A stretch of DNA of 60,289 bases, counting the filler. It is 4 parts of 4 records of this genome, joined end to end, with 100 filler letters (N's around TTAATTAATTAA, not from the genome) between each part and the next. Parts side by side here need not be neighbours in the genome. Positions count along the whole stretch, not along the records: positions 36,176 to 50,570 come from SRR31156797_8992; 3 more parts are not named here. The stretch is one strand, 5' to 3'. A program made the position numbers and the translations under genes. Positions 40,652 through 49,220 of this stretch are shown here, one piece after another; position 1 is the first letter of the stretch; each line of letters opens with the position of its first letter. The notes below the pieces were generated by a model. The model was given only the letters and a program-made list of their open reading frames with translations. It ran no database searches and was not told the DNA's origin.

Positions 40652-42052
40652 TTAAATATTTTGTGCCAATTCCATCGCCTTACGCAATGCAGCCAGTTTG
40701 TTACTCACTTCGTTTAACTCACTCTCCTCATTCGATTTTTCAACCACACCAGCCCCAGCCTGATAGTAAAGTGTATTGTCCTTGCTCATGAAACTTCTGA
40801 TCATGATGGCTTGGTTCACTTCACCGTTAAATCCCATGGCACCAATACAACCTCCGTAAAAACCACGAGCAGTTGGTTCATATTGGTCTATCAGCTCCAT
40901 TGCGCGGTATTTTGGTGCTCCCGATAAAGTTCCTGCGGGAAAGGTATCTCCCATCAATTGGAAAGGGTTGTAATCAGCAGGCAATTCTCCAGATACTTTG
41001 GAGACCAAATGAATCACATGAGAGAAATATTGAACCTCTTTAAAGGTCTCCACTTTAATATTTTGCGCATCTCTGCTTAAATCGTTTCGAGCCAAATCTA
41101 CCAACATCACATGCTCACTTTGCTCTTTTTCATCATTCAATAATTCTTGAGCCAATTGAGCATCTTTTACCGAATCCCCGGTACGCTTGAAAGTTCCTGC
41201 AATAGGATGAATGTAGGCTTTCTGATTTTTGATTTCAATCTGAGCCTCAGGAGATGAACCCATAATTCGATAAGATCCATAATCAAAATAAAACAAATAA
41301 GGCGATGGATTTACCGATCGCAAAGCGCGATACAAGTTAAAATCATCACCTTTATAGTCCTGAGAAAATTGACGAGAAAGTACTATTTGAAATACATCAC
41401 CTCTTCTGCAATGCTGCTTGCCCTTTCTCACCATTTCCATATACGATTGATCATCCATATTCGATTGCTCATCACCTTCTAAATCGAAAGTGAAAGCAGG
41501 TAGATTTCTATTTCTCAACAAATCTGAAACTTCACGTAAGCGTGACTCATCTCCGTTCTTTACCAACTCAATAATCTTCAAGGTATTGTTGAAGTGGTTC
41601 ACCTCAATGATGAAGCGATACAGTGCGTAACGCATTTGTGGAATCCCTGACTGTTTTTTCTCTGTATTGAACTTTAAATCTTCAAAATAGGGAACAGAAT
41701 CATAGGTGGTATAACCAAAAAGAGCATTGGCTTTTGGTACCTTCTCCTTGTCTTCCAAATCAAATTGATTCACAAAGTTTTTCAGTCTGTTCGAAACAAA
41801 TCGCTTGCCTTTTCCTATTGCTTCAATATTTGTTTTATCACCAAAGATTTCCTCAGTAAGTATTCCATCTTTCAGCTGAATGCTAGCAATTGGATCGAGA
41901 GCAATAAATGAACTTGCATTTTCGGGACTATGGTAATCAGAACTTTCCAAAAGAATCGCTCCCGGAAAGCGATCTCTTAATTTCAGATACATACTCACCG
42001 GAGTGATGACATCGGCAAGAAGCTCTTTTTTCAGGTATTTAAATTTTATCAT
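40652..42052 (-). CDS. trpE: Anthranilate synthase component I
   Basis: LLESS, GDVFQIVLS, NPSPYLF, GSSPE, PIAGT, EHVMLVDLARND, FPAGTLSGAPK, RGFYGG. Confidence 0.95.
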   Translation of the reverse strand: MIKFKYLKKELLADVITPVSMYLKLRDRFPGAILLESSDYHSPENASSFIALDPIASIQLKDGILTEEIFGDKTNIEAIGKGKRFVSNRLKNFVNQFDLEDKEKVPKANALFGYTTYDSVPYFEDLKFNTEKKQSGIPQMRYALYRFIIEVNHFNNTLKIIELVKNGDESRLREVSDLLRNRNLPAFTFDLEGDEQSNMDDQSYMEMVRKGKQHCRRGDVFQIVLSRQFSQDYKGDDFNLYRALRSVNPSPYLFYFDYGSYRIMGSSPEAQIEIKNQKAYIHPIAGTFKRTGDSVKDAQLAQELLNDEKEQSEHVMLVDLARNDLSRDAQNIKVETFKEVQYFSHVIHLVSKVSGELPADYNPFQLMGDTFPAGTLSGAPKYRAMELIDQYEPTARGFYGGCIGAMGFNGEVNQAIMIRSFMSKDNTLYYQAGAGVVEKSNEESELNEVSNKLAALRKAMELAQNI

Positions 42053-42081
42053 GGCTAATAGTTATTTTCAAAATAGGGTAT

Positions 42082-42117
42082 AAAAAAAGCGGTCTACTGA
42101 GTTTCAGTAGACCGCTT
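42082..42117 (-). terminator. trp attenuator terminator
   Basis: Minus strand AAGCGGTCTACTGA-AAC-TCAGTAGACCGCTT-TTTTT, 30 nt before trpE. Confidence 0.88.
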
Positions 42118-42140
42118 GCTAGTTCTTATGTATTTTCGAA

Positions 42141-42230
42141 CTAAATTTTGCACATACGGAGGACACTTCTGCTCATGTTATTTGAGAGATTACAGATGTG
42201 CCACCAATATTTGCTATTCAATCCGAACAT
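42141..42230 (-). CDS. trpL: trp operon leader peptide MFGLNSKYWWHICNLSNNMSRSVLRMCKI (29 aa)
   Basis: Hand-translated. Tandem TGG TGG codons, located between a TAnnTTTG promoter and the terminator upstream of trpE. Confidence 0.82.
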   Translation of the reverse strand: MFGLNSKYWWHICNLSNNMSRSVLRMCKI

Positions 42231-42251
42231 TATTTTCCGTTTTTGTCTTTA

Positions 42252-42284
42252 CAAATCTAATGAATAATTTTTCCAATTTCCAAA
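42252..42284 (-). promoter_or_regulatory. Bacteroidota -33/-7 promoter of the trp operon
   Basis: Minus strand TTTG (42281-42284), 21-nt spacer, TAGATTTG (42252-42259). Confidence 0.65.
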
Positions 42285-42617
42285 CCCAATTTTGCAAAAC
42301 CTACCATTTCATCCGAATTAAACTTAGCTCAATGTATTGATTTTACTGTACATTCAAGGCAATGTTATTTTTTTGTAAAATCATTATTTTACAAGTTTCA
42401 TATCAGTATAAAATATATAAAAAACACCTGATCTAATGAGGGGTGTGATTTTTGAAAATAGCATTTTTACCATCCTACCATCTCAGATTAGCACCTATTC
42501 TAATTATTTTTTTTATAAATATTCCGAACACCCTCTTAAACCCCATGTCTACTGAGAATTCAGATTCTAAATAAAAACTTCTCAAACGTTAACATTACAT
42601 TAATGTTAAAAAAGAAA

Positions 42618-42648
42618 TTTGCTGGTTAAGAAATAATTCATACATTTG
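42618..42648 (+). promoter_or_regulatory. Bacteroidota -33/-7 promoter of the aro/tyr operon
   Basis: TTTG (42618-42621), 19-nt spacer, TACATTTG (42641-42648). Confidence 0.7.
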
Positions 42649-42674
42649 GAACAGAATTAACGCACAAAACAGCG

Positions 42675-42743
42675 ATGAATACAGTAACTACATACATTTC
42701 TAACTTTTATTATTTCTGGTTTTACTTTTATCCAAACAGATAA
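42675..42743 (+). CDS. Aromatic leader peptide 1, MNTVTTYISNFYYFWFYFYPNR (22 aa)
   Basis: Hand-translated. Nine consecutive aromatic codons (4 Phe, 4 Tyr, 1 Trp), followed by an antiterminator and a terminator. Confidence 0.85.
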   Translation: MNTVTTYISNFYYFWFYFYPNR

Positions 42744-42783
42744 CGGCAAGAATTGATATGTAAGGAAACGAACAAAATAAATC

Positions 42784-42818
42784 AAAAGGTCTTGCCAAAC
42801 AGGTAAGACCTTTTTTTT
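42784..42818 (+). terminator. Attenuator terminator 1
   Basis: AAAAGGTCTTGCC-AAACA-GGTAAGACCTTTTTTTT. Its 5' arm TCTTGCC can alternatively pair with GGCAAGA at 42745-42751. Confidence 0.85.
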
Positions 42819-42832
42819 ATATAAAAAACACT

Positions 42833-42925
42833 ATGAGCAGTACAGCATTCGCATACCGATTTTATTTTTATTATTTCTGGTTTTACACAAATCGGGCGGG
42901 ATGCCTTATACCTAAACTCAAGTAG
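42833..42925 (+). CDS. Aromatic leader peptide 2, MSSTAFAYRFYFYYFWFYTNRAGCLIPKLK (30 aa)
   Basis: Hand-translated. Nine consecutive aromatic codons (4 Phe, 4 Tyr, 1 Trp). Shares the exact 21-mer TTTTATTATTTCTGGTTTTAC with leader 1. Confidence 0.85.
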   Translation: MSSTAFAYRFYFYYFWFYTNRAGCLIPKLK

Positions 42926-42933
42926 AAAAGTAT

Positions 42934-42968
42934 AAAAATCCTGCCCATAACGAGCAGGATTTTTTTTT
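42934..42968 (+). terminator. Attenuator terminator 2
   Basis: AAAAATCCTGC-CCATAACGA-GCAGGATTTTTTTTT. Its 5' arm ATCCTGCCC can alternatively pair with GGGCGGGAT at 42894-42902. Confidence 0.85.
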
Positions 42969-43012
42969 GATATTAACCACAACCGAAACCAAAATTTTTA
43001 ACAAAAAATAAA

Positions 43013-44167
43013 ATGATTCAACCCGCAAACAGAACCCAGGGAGTTAAGGAGTACTATTTCTCAGTTAAGCTGAAAGAAATAGCGCGCCTTAACGAGGGGG
43101 AAGTAAAAGTTCTCAATCTGGGAATAGGTGATCCGGATCTATCTCCTTCGGAAGATACATGGAACTCATTGAAAGAAGCATGTGTTCATCCAAAGAGTCA
43201 CGGATATCAAAGTTATCAGGGAATTCCAGCCTTACGTGAAGGTTTTTCAAAATGGTACAAGACGTATTTCGATGTGGAAATCAATCCAGCAAATGAAGTA
43301 CTTCCATTAATGGGCTCGAAGGAAGGTATCATGATCACTTCATTGGCATATTTAAACGAAGGCGACGAAGTATTAATTCCTGATCCATCCTACCCGACTT
43401 ATAAATCGGTGACCAATTTGTTGGGTGGTAAAATTGTTACTTACTCTTTAAATGAAGAGCAAAAATGGCAACCAGATCTGGAAGCTTTGGAACAAAGAGA
43501 CCTAAGTAAGGTAAAAATGATGTGGATCAATTATCCACACATGCCAACCGGAGCGAGAGCTAGCAGAGAATTATTGGAAAGAATTGTAGCCTTTGGTAAA
43601 AAGCACAACATTCTGATAGTAAATGATAATCCTTACAGTTTCATACTGAACGATGAACCTATGAGTATCATGAACATTGAAGGAGCTAAAGATTGTTGCT
43701 TGGAACTAAATTCGTTAAGCAAATCGCACAATATGCCGGGTTGGAGAGTTGGAATGATTTGCGGAAGTGCTAAAATGTTGGAACCGGTGTTAAAAGTAAA
43801 AACCAATATGGACTCAGGCATGTTTTATCCGGTTCAACAGGCAGCCATCAAAGCTTTAAATCAGGATAAATCTTGGTACGAAAGCATCAATAAGGTTTAC
43901 AAAAGCAGAAGAGAATTGGTTTTTAAGCTAATGGATTTAATAGACTGTAAACCGAGTGAAGACCAGAGTGGCATGTTTGTTTGGGCTGCCATTCCTGAAA
44001 AGTACAAAGATTGTTACGAGCTAAGTGATGATATTCTAAACAAAACGAAAGTGTTTATCACGCCTGGAGGAATTTTTGGCGAACAAGGATTAAAGTATAT
44101 CAGGGTTTCTCTTTGTAGTAGTGAAGCCGTACTCGAAGAAGCAATAGAAAGAATTAAAAGAATGTAA
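43013..44167 (+). CDS. PLP-dependent class I/II aminotransferase (aromatic/prephenate aminotransferase by context; DapL-like)
   Basis: LNLGIGDPD, LMGSKEG, NYPHMPTG, NDNPY, SLSKSHNMPGWRVG. First gene of the tyr/aro operon. Confidence 0.82.
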   Translation: MIQPANRTQGVKEYYFSVKLKEIARLNEGEVKVLNLGIGDPDLSPSEDTWNSLKEACVHPKSHGYQSYQGIPALREGFSKWYKTYFDVEINPANEVLPLMGSKEGIMITSLAYLNEGDEVLIPDPSYPTYKSVTNLLGGKIVTYSLNEEQKWQPDLEALEQRDLSKVKMMWINYPHMPTGARASRELLERIVAFGKKHNILIVNDNPYSFILNDEPMSIMNIEGAKDCCLELNSLSKSHNMPGWRVGMICGSAKMLEPVLKVKTNMDSGMFYPVQQAAIKALNQDKSWYESINKVYKSRRELVFKLMDLIDCKPSEDQSGMFVWAAIPEKYKDCYELSDDILNKTKVFITPGGIFGEQGLKYIRVSLCSSEAVLEEAIERIKRM

Positions 44168-44236
44168 CAAGCCTCAAGCTACAAGTAACAAGAAAACAAA
44201 ATATTTTCGCTCTTGAAACTTGAAGCATGGAACTTG
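44168..44236. repeat. Inverted pair of 7-bp-periodic arrays between aminotransferase and tyrA
   Basis: CAAG at 44168/44175/44182/44189; CTTG or CATG at 44212/44219/44226/44233. Confidence 0.7.
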
Positions 44237-44256
44237 ACGCTATAAATAAAATAACA

Positions 44257-45153
44257 ATGATAGTATCAGTAATAGGACTAGGTTTGATAGGAGGATCGAT
44301 TGCTCTTGATTTAAAGAAAAATGGATTCGCTGATAAGGTGATTGGAGTTGACAACAACCCAATGCATGCTCATACTGCAAAAAAAATGGGTTTAGCTGAT
44401 GAGATTCAGGATTTGAAAACCGCAGTTACATCATCACATTTGGTGATATTAGCTGTTCCTGTAAATGCCTGTATCCATAGCTTACCTGAAGTTATGGATC
44501 TAATTGATCAACAAATTGTAACCGACTTGGGTTCTACTAAAGAGCAGCTGATCAAAACCATAGCCAATCATCCCAAAAGAAAGCATTTTGTGCCAGCCCA
44601 TCCTATGGCGGGAACAGAATTCTCGGGACCGCAGGCAGCTCACTCAGGATTATTCGATGGGAAATGTTCCATCATCTGTAATCCTGAAGATTCGAATAAA
44701 GAAGCAGTAGATATTGTAACCGATATGTTTCATGCACTTAACATGAGATGCGTGTATATGGATGCAGAAGTCCACGATAGACAGACAGCATATGTTTCGC
44801 ACCTGTCGCACATTAGTGCTTTTGCATTATCTTTAACAGTTCTGCACAAAGAGAAGAAAGACAAACACATTTTTGAACTGGCAAGTGGAGGTTTCGACTC
44901 AACAGTTCGTTTGGCAAAGAGTTCCGCAGAAATGTGGACTCCTATCTTTCATCAGAACAAGAAAAATGTAGGTAAAGTATTGCAGAAATATATTGATAGC
45001 CTTCAACAGTTTAAAGATTTGATTGAAAATGATGATCACGAAGGGGTTGATAATTTAATTAATGAAGCAAATGGTATCAGAAGAGTTTTGGATCAAAAAG
45101 AAAGAAACGAACTGGAAACTCTAAAGAACGCGAAAAAAATAAGAAGGGCTTAG
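44257..45153 (+). CDS. tyrA: Prephenate dehydrogenase
   Basis: VIGLGLIGGS, TDLGSTK, HPMAGTE, HD..AYVSHLSH, GGFDSTVRLAKSSAEMW. Confidence 0.9.
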   Translation: MIVSVIGLGLIGGSIALDLKKNGFADKVIGVDNNPMHAHTAKKMGLADEIQDLKTAVTSSHLVILAVPVNACIHSLPEVMDLIDQQIVTDLGSTKEQLIKTIANHPKRKHFVPAHPMAGTEFSGPQAAHSGLFDGKCSIICNPEDSNKEAVDIVTDMFHALNMRCVYMDAEVHDRQTAYVSHLSHISAFALSLTVLHKEKKDKHIFELASGGFDSTVRLAKSSAEMWTPIFHQNKKNVGKVLQKYIDSLQQFKDLIENDDHEGVDNLINEANGIRRVLDQKERNELETLKNAKKIRRA

Positions 45154-45269
45154 ATCAAAAGGAGAAAGCAATAAGAACCAATCTCCAAGTATCAAAACTC
45201 AAGAAAAAACATAAAAACCAAATAAACCAAATTTTTAATCACTCGACAAAGAGTAAATAAGATTGTAAC

Positions 45270-46358
45270 ATGAGCAAAGAATTAAATATAGCAGATCTAA
45301 GTAGCTGGTCAATCGAAAATGTAGACAGACCTCTAATCATAGGTGGACCATGTAGCGCTGAAACAGAAGAGCAAGTTCTGGAAACTGCCAGAGGAATTAA
45401 AGCAGCCGGAATTCCTATTTTCCGTGCTGGCATCTGGAAACCACGTACTCGTCCGAACAGTTTCGAAGGAATTGGTGCACAAGGACTAATTTGGTTGCAA
45501 AAAGTAAAGGCTGAAACCGGAATGTTAACTGCAACTGAGGTTGCCAATGCAAAGCATGTAGAGTTGGCACTTGGTGCTGGTGTTGACATTCTTTGGATTG
45601 GAGCAAGAACCACCGTTAATCCTTTTGCTGTTCAGGAAATTGCTGATGCACTTAGAGGAAAAGATATTCCTGTTTTAGTAAAAAATCCGATCAACCCGGA
45701 TTTGGAACTTTGGATTGGTGCCATTGAACGATTAAATGCAGTTGGTATCACCAAATTGGCTGCCATTCATCGTGGATTCTCAACTTACCAAAAACTGAAG
45801 TACAGAAACGATCCTCAGTGGCAAATTCCAATTGAAATGAAACGTAGATTGCCTAATTTGCCAATGTTCTGCGATCCTAGTCATATTACTGGAGACAGAA
45901 GTCTTTTAGACGAGGTGACACAAAAGTCAATGGATTTGAATTACGAAGGTTTAATCATTGAATCACACTGCAATCCAACAGAGGCATGGAGTGATGCAAA
46001 ACAACAGTTAACGCCTAAGTCACTTGAAGAACTTTTAGCTAACTTAGTACTTCGTGATCCGGAAGCTGACAATGAGGTAATCAATAATACATTGGGAGAA
46101 TTGAGACACTTAATTGACGATTTCGATCAGAAATTATTGGAATTGTTGGAAAACAGAATGCAGGTTGCCAAAACAATCGGACATTACAAAAAAGAAAACA
46201 ACATTACAGTATTACAAAATAAACGTTGGGGAAATATTCTTGAAAAAAGCCTTGAGATAGGAAAAAAGAAAGGATTCAGTGAGCAATTTATCAATAGCTT
46301 GTTCAAAGCAATTCACCAGGAATCAATCAACCAACAGGAAGATATAATGAACGCATAA
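45270..46358 (+). CDS. Bifunctional DAHP synthase (I-beta type) / C-terminal chorismate mutase
   Basis: GGPCSAE, RAGIWKPRTRPNSFEG, WIGART, CDPSH. C-terminal LR..ID..D..LL.LL..R....IG.YK AroQ domain. Confidence 0.9.
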   Translation: MSKELNIADLSSWSIENVDRPLIIGGPCSAETEEQVLETARGIKAAGIPIFRAGIWKPRTRPNSFEGIGAQGLIWLQKVKAETGMLTATEVANAKHVELALGAGVDILWIGARTTVNPFAVQEIADALRGKDIPVLVKNPINPDLELWIGAIERLNAVGITKLAAIHRGFSTYQKLKYRNDPQWQIPIEMKRRLPNLPMFCDPSHITGDRSLLDEVTQKSMDLNYEGLIIESHCNPTEAWSDAKQQLTPKSLEELLANLVLRDPEADNEVINNTLGELRHLIDDFDQKLLELLENRMQVAKTIGHYKKENNITVLQNKRWGNILEKSLEIGKKKGFSEQFINSLFKAIHQESINQQEDIMNA

Positions 46359-46372
46359 GAACAGGAACAATG

Positions 46373-46430
46373 GATATGGGATTCGAGATCAATTCTCCAA
46401 TCTCATATCTATAATCTGACATCTAAATCT
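46373..46430. repeat. 7-bp-periodic arrays before aroB
   Basis: GAT at 46373/46380/46387; ATCT at 46400/46407/46414/46421. Confidence 0.65.
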
Positions 46431-46437
46431 CTTAAGA

Positions 46438-47496
46438 ATGAAAAGCATACACATCGAAAATCAGAACAGTACCATCTTAATTGGTGAATCCTATCAAAAT
46501 TGTAAAAAGTATTTACCGGAGAAAAAATGTTTCCTGATTTGTGATGAAAATATATATCAACACTATTCTGATTTCATCCATCAATTCGATTATATCGTAA
46601 TGGGTTGTGGTGAAGGCATTAAAACATGGTCATCTGTAGAGATGATTGCAGAAAAATTGCTTGACATGGGTGCCGATAGAAACAGTTTTTTGCTTGGAAT
46701 GGGTGGCGGACTGGTGAGTGATGTAACTGGTTTTGTTGCTTCTATTTTTATGAGAGGATTAGAGTTTGGCTTTATTTCCAGTTCCTTATTATCACAAGTT
46801 GATGCCAGTGTTGGAGGCAAAAATGGAATCAATTTCGGAAAACTAAAAAACATGATTGGCGTTTTTAATCCGCCTAAATTTGTGATTTGTGATCCGGTTC
46901 TACTTCAAACACTTCCAAAAAGAGAAGTTCGCAGCGGATTTGGAGAGGTCATCAAACATGCCTTTATCAAAGATGAAAATCTGTTTCAATTTTTAAAAGC
47001 AAACAGAGAAGCTCTTCTGAATTTGGACCCTGATTTAATGGAAGATCTGATTTATCGAGCAGTTTCAATCAAAACCAATGTGGTTGAAAGTGATCCTTTT
47101 GAAAAAGGAGAACGAAAGAAATTGAATTTCGGTCACACCATTGGTCATGCCATTGAGAACAACTCTGATTTAACACACGGAGAAGCAATATCTGTTGGAA
47201 TGATAATGGCCACCAAACTTTCAGAAAGTATGTGTGCATTATCAGAAGCTGACTCTAAAGAAATTCGAGACATGTTGGAAAGTTTTGAATTGCCTGTAAG
47301 TACAGAAGTTACGGCAGAAACCATTAACGAATATTTGATTAAAGACAAAAAGAAAAATCGTTCCTCTATCGATTTCATCCTTCTGAACCAAATTGGAGAG
47401 GCATGTATAAAAACCATTCCAATTGAAGAACTAAAAACCAAAGTGATTCGCCTTTGTGCCGATCAAAAAAACAAGCCAATAACCACAAAACCATGA
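46438..47496 (+). CDS. aroB: 3-dehydroquinate synthase
   Basis: GEGIK, GGGLVSDVTGF, QVDASVGGKNGIN, LNFGHTIGHAIE, HGEAISVG, DKK. Confidence 0.95.
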   Translation: MKSIHIENQNSTILIGESYQNCKKYLPEKKCFLICDENIYQHYSDFIHQFDYIVMGCGEGIKTWSSVEMIAEKLLDMGADRNSFLLGMGGGLVSDVTGFVASIFMRGLEFGFISSSLLSQVDASVGGKNGINFGKLKNMIGVFNPPKFVICDPVLLQTLPKREVRSGFGEVIKHAFIKDENLFQFLKANREALLNLDPDLMEDLIYRAVSIKTNVVESDPFEKGERKKLNFGHTIGHAIENNSDLTHGEAISVGMIMATKLSESMCALSEADSKEIRDMLESFELPVSTEVTAETINEYLIKDKKKNRSSIDFILLNQIGEACIKTIPIEELKTKVIRLCADQKNKPITTKP

Positions 47497-48770
47497 GAGT
47501 ACGAATTCAATCCTCAAAAATAAACGGAAACCTCACTCCTCCCAGCTCCAAAAGCATGATGCAAAGAGCCTTGGCTGCAGCAGCTCTAAGTAAGGGAACT
47601 ACCATTATTCACAATCCTTGCAAATGCGAAGACGCTGATGCGGCAACAGGAATCATTAATAAGATGGGTGCTGAGGTCAGCAACGAAAATAACACATTAC
47701 GAATAAGTAATAAACAATCATCTTCACCTTCAAAAGTAATGGTTGGAGAATCTGGGCTTTCTTTGAGAATGTTCTCCCCGATTCTGGCATTAAATCCTGA
47801 ACCAGTTGAAATCACCGGAAGAGGCAGCATATTAAAAAGACCTGTTCATAACATTTTGGAGGGACTTGAACATCTGGGCATTCAATTCGAAAATCCTGGT
47901 AAAGGATTGCTCCCTTTCAGTCTAAAAGGTGGATACAAAGAAAATATCGCGACCATTGATGGATCGTTAGGTTCACAGTTTTTGACTGGATTGCTAATGG
48001 CACTTCCGTGCAGAAAGGAAGATACAGTATTAGAAGTAAAGAATCTAAAAAGCATTCCTTACATCAATATGACCATTGATCTGTTAAAAGAATTCGGCAT
48101 TGAGATTGAACATGAAGAATACAAAACCTTCCGAATTAAGGGCAATCAGGAATACAAAGCAGATGAATACACAATTGAAGCCGATTGGAGTTCGGCAGCA
48201 CCACTGCTAGTTGCCGGTGCCCTAAAAGGAAAGGTTACTTTGAATCATTTGAATCGATATTCATATCAGGCTGACATCGCAATTTTGGATGCATTAAAAA
48301 AATGTGGCGCTTCTATTCACTGGGAGAAAGATAGCTTAACTGTTCAGAAAAAAGGCTTGAACAGTTTTGAATTTAATGCCACACATTGTCCGGATTTGTT
48401 TCCACCTTTGGTTGCACTGGCGGTTCATTGCAATGGAGAAAGCAGAATAAAAGGAGTCCACCGATTGGAACACAAGGAGAGCAATCGAGGCATTGTATTG
48501 CAGAAAGAGTTTGGTAAAATTGGTGTTCCTATTCGAATTGAAGGAGACGAAATGGTAATTCCGGGAGGTAGAGTGCGCGGTGGTTTAACCAATAGCAATA
48601 ATGATCACAGAATTGCAATGGCATTAGCTGTAACTGCTATAGCCTCAAAATATCCAATAGAAATTGGTCAGCACGACTGTGTTGCAAAATCTTATCCTGA
48701 TTTCTTTACCGATTTAAGAAAATTAGGAGCTGGAATAGCTGAATTCTATTTCAAAAGTCAATTCGTTTAA
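47493..48770 (+). CDS. aroA: EPSP synthase (3-phosphoshikimate 1-carboxyvinyltransferase)
   Basis: PSSKS, GESGLSLR, SQFLTGLL, CPDL.P, KESNR, DHRIAMA, KSYPDF. ATGA overlap with the aroB stop. Confidence 0.95.
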   Translation: MRVRIQSSKINGNLTPPSSKSMMQRALAAAALSKGTTIIHNPCKCEDADAATGIINKMGAEVSNENNTLRISNKQSSSPSKVMVGESGLSLRMFSPILALNPEPVEITGRGSILKRPVHNILEGLEHLGIQFENPGKGLLPFSLKGGYKENIATIDGSLGSQFLTGLLMALPCRKEDTVLEVKNLKSIPYINMTIDLLKEFGIEIEHEEYKTFRIKGNQEYKADEYTIEADWSSAAPLLVAGALKGKVTLNHLNRYSYQADIAILDALKKCGASIHWEKDSLTVQKKGLNSFEFNATHCPDLFPPLVALAVHCNGESRIKGVHRLEHKESNRGIVLQKEFGKIGVPIRIEGDEMVIPGGRVRGGLTNSNNDHRIAMALAVTAIASKYPIEIGQHDCVAKSYPDFFTDLRKLGAGIAEFYFKSQFV

Positions 48771-48782
48771 ATACAGGAATAA

Positions 48783-49220
48783 ATGATAATAGTAAGTGCA
48801 TGTCTGGCGGGAATCAATTGCCGTTACGATGGAAATGACAATTTAATTCCTGAAATTAAAGAGCTCGTTCTAAGCGGAAAAGCAATTGCTCTTTGCCCGG
48901 AAGAATTAGGCGGATTGCCTACTCCACGTGTTTCCTGTGAAATTTGTAATGGTAAAGTTCTTAACAAATCGAACGAAGATGTTACCGAAGCTTTTCAAGT
49001 GGGAGCCGAAAAGGTATTGGCAATAGCCAAAATTTTAGATACCAAAACTGCCATTTTAAAATCAAACAGTCCATCATGTGGATATGGAATGATTTACGAT
49101 GGAACATTTTCGGGAAACAAAACCAAAGGCAATGGCTTAACAGCAGAATTGTTAGCAAGTAATGAAATTCAAATAAAAAATGAAGAGAATTATCACTCTT
49201 TAAATAACAAACAAGAGTAA
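48783..49220 (+). CDS. DUF523-family (TudS/thiouracil desulfidase-like) protein
   Basis: VSACLAGINCRYDG, CPEELGGLPTPR, ILKSNSPSCG. Confidence 0.85.
   Translation: MIIVSACLAGINCRYDGNDNLIPEIKELVLSGKAIALCPEELGGLPTPRVSCEICNGKVLNKSNEDVTEAFQVGAEKVLAIAKILDTKTAILKSNSPSCGYGMIYDGTFSGNKTKGNGLTAELLASNEIQIKNEENYHSLNNKQE

Noticed and set aside
42116-42982. Track ORFs 42116-42340 (+) and 42782-42982 (-)
   Set aside because: They are antisense to the leader/attenuator elements and have no recognisable protein features.
44227-44256. Upstream ATG for tyrA
   Set aside because: It falls within the 7-bp repeat array. The Rossmann motif starts right after ATG 44257.
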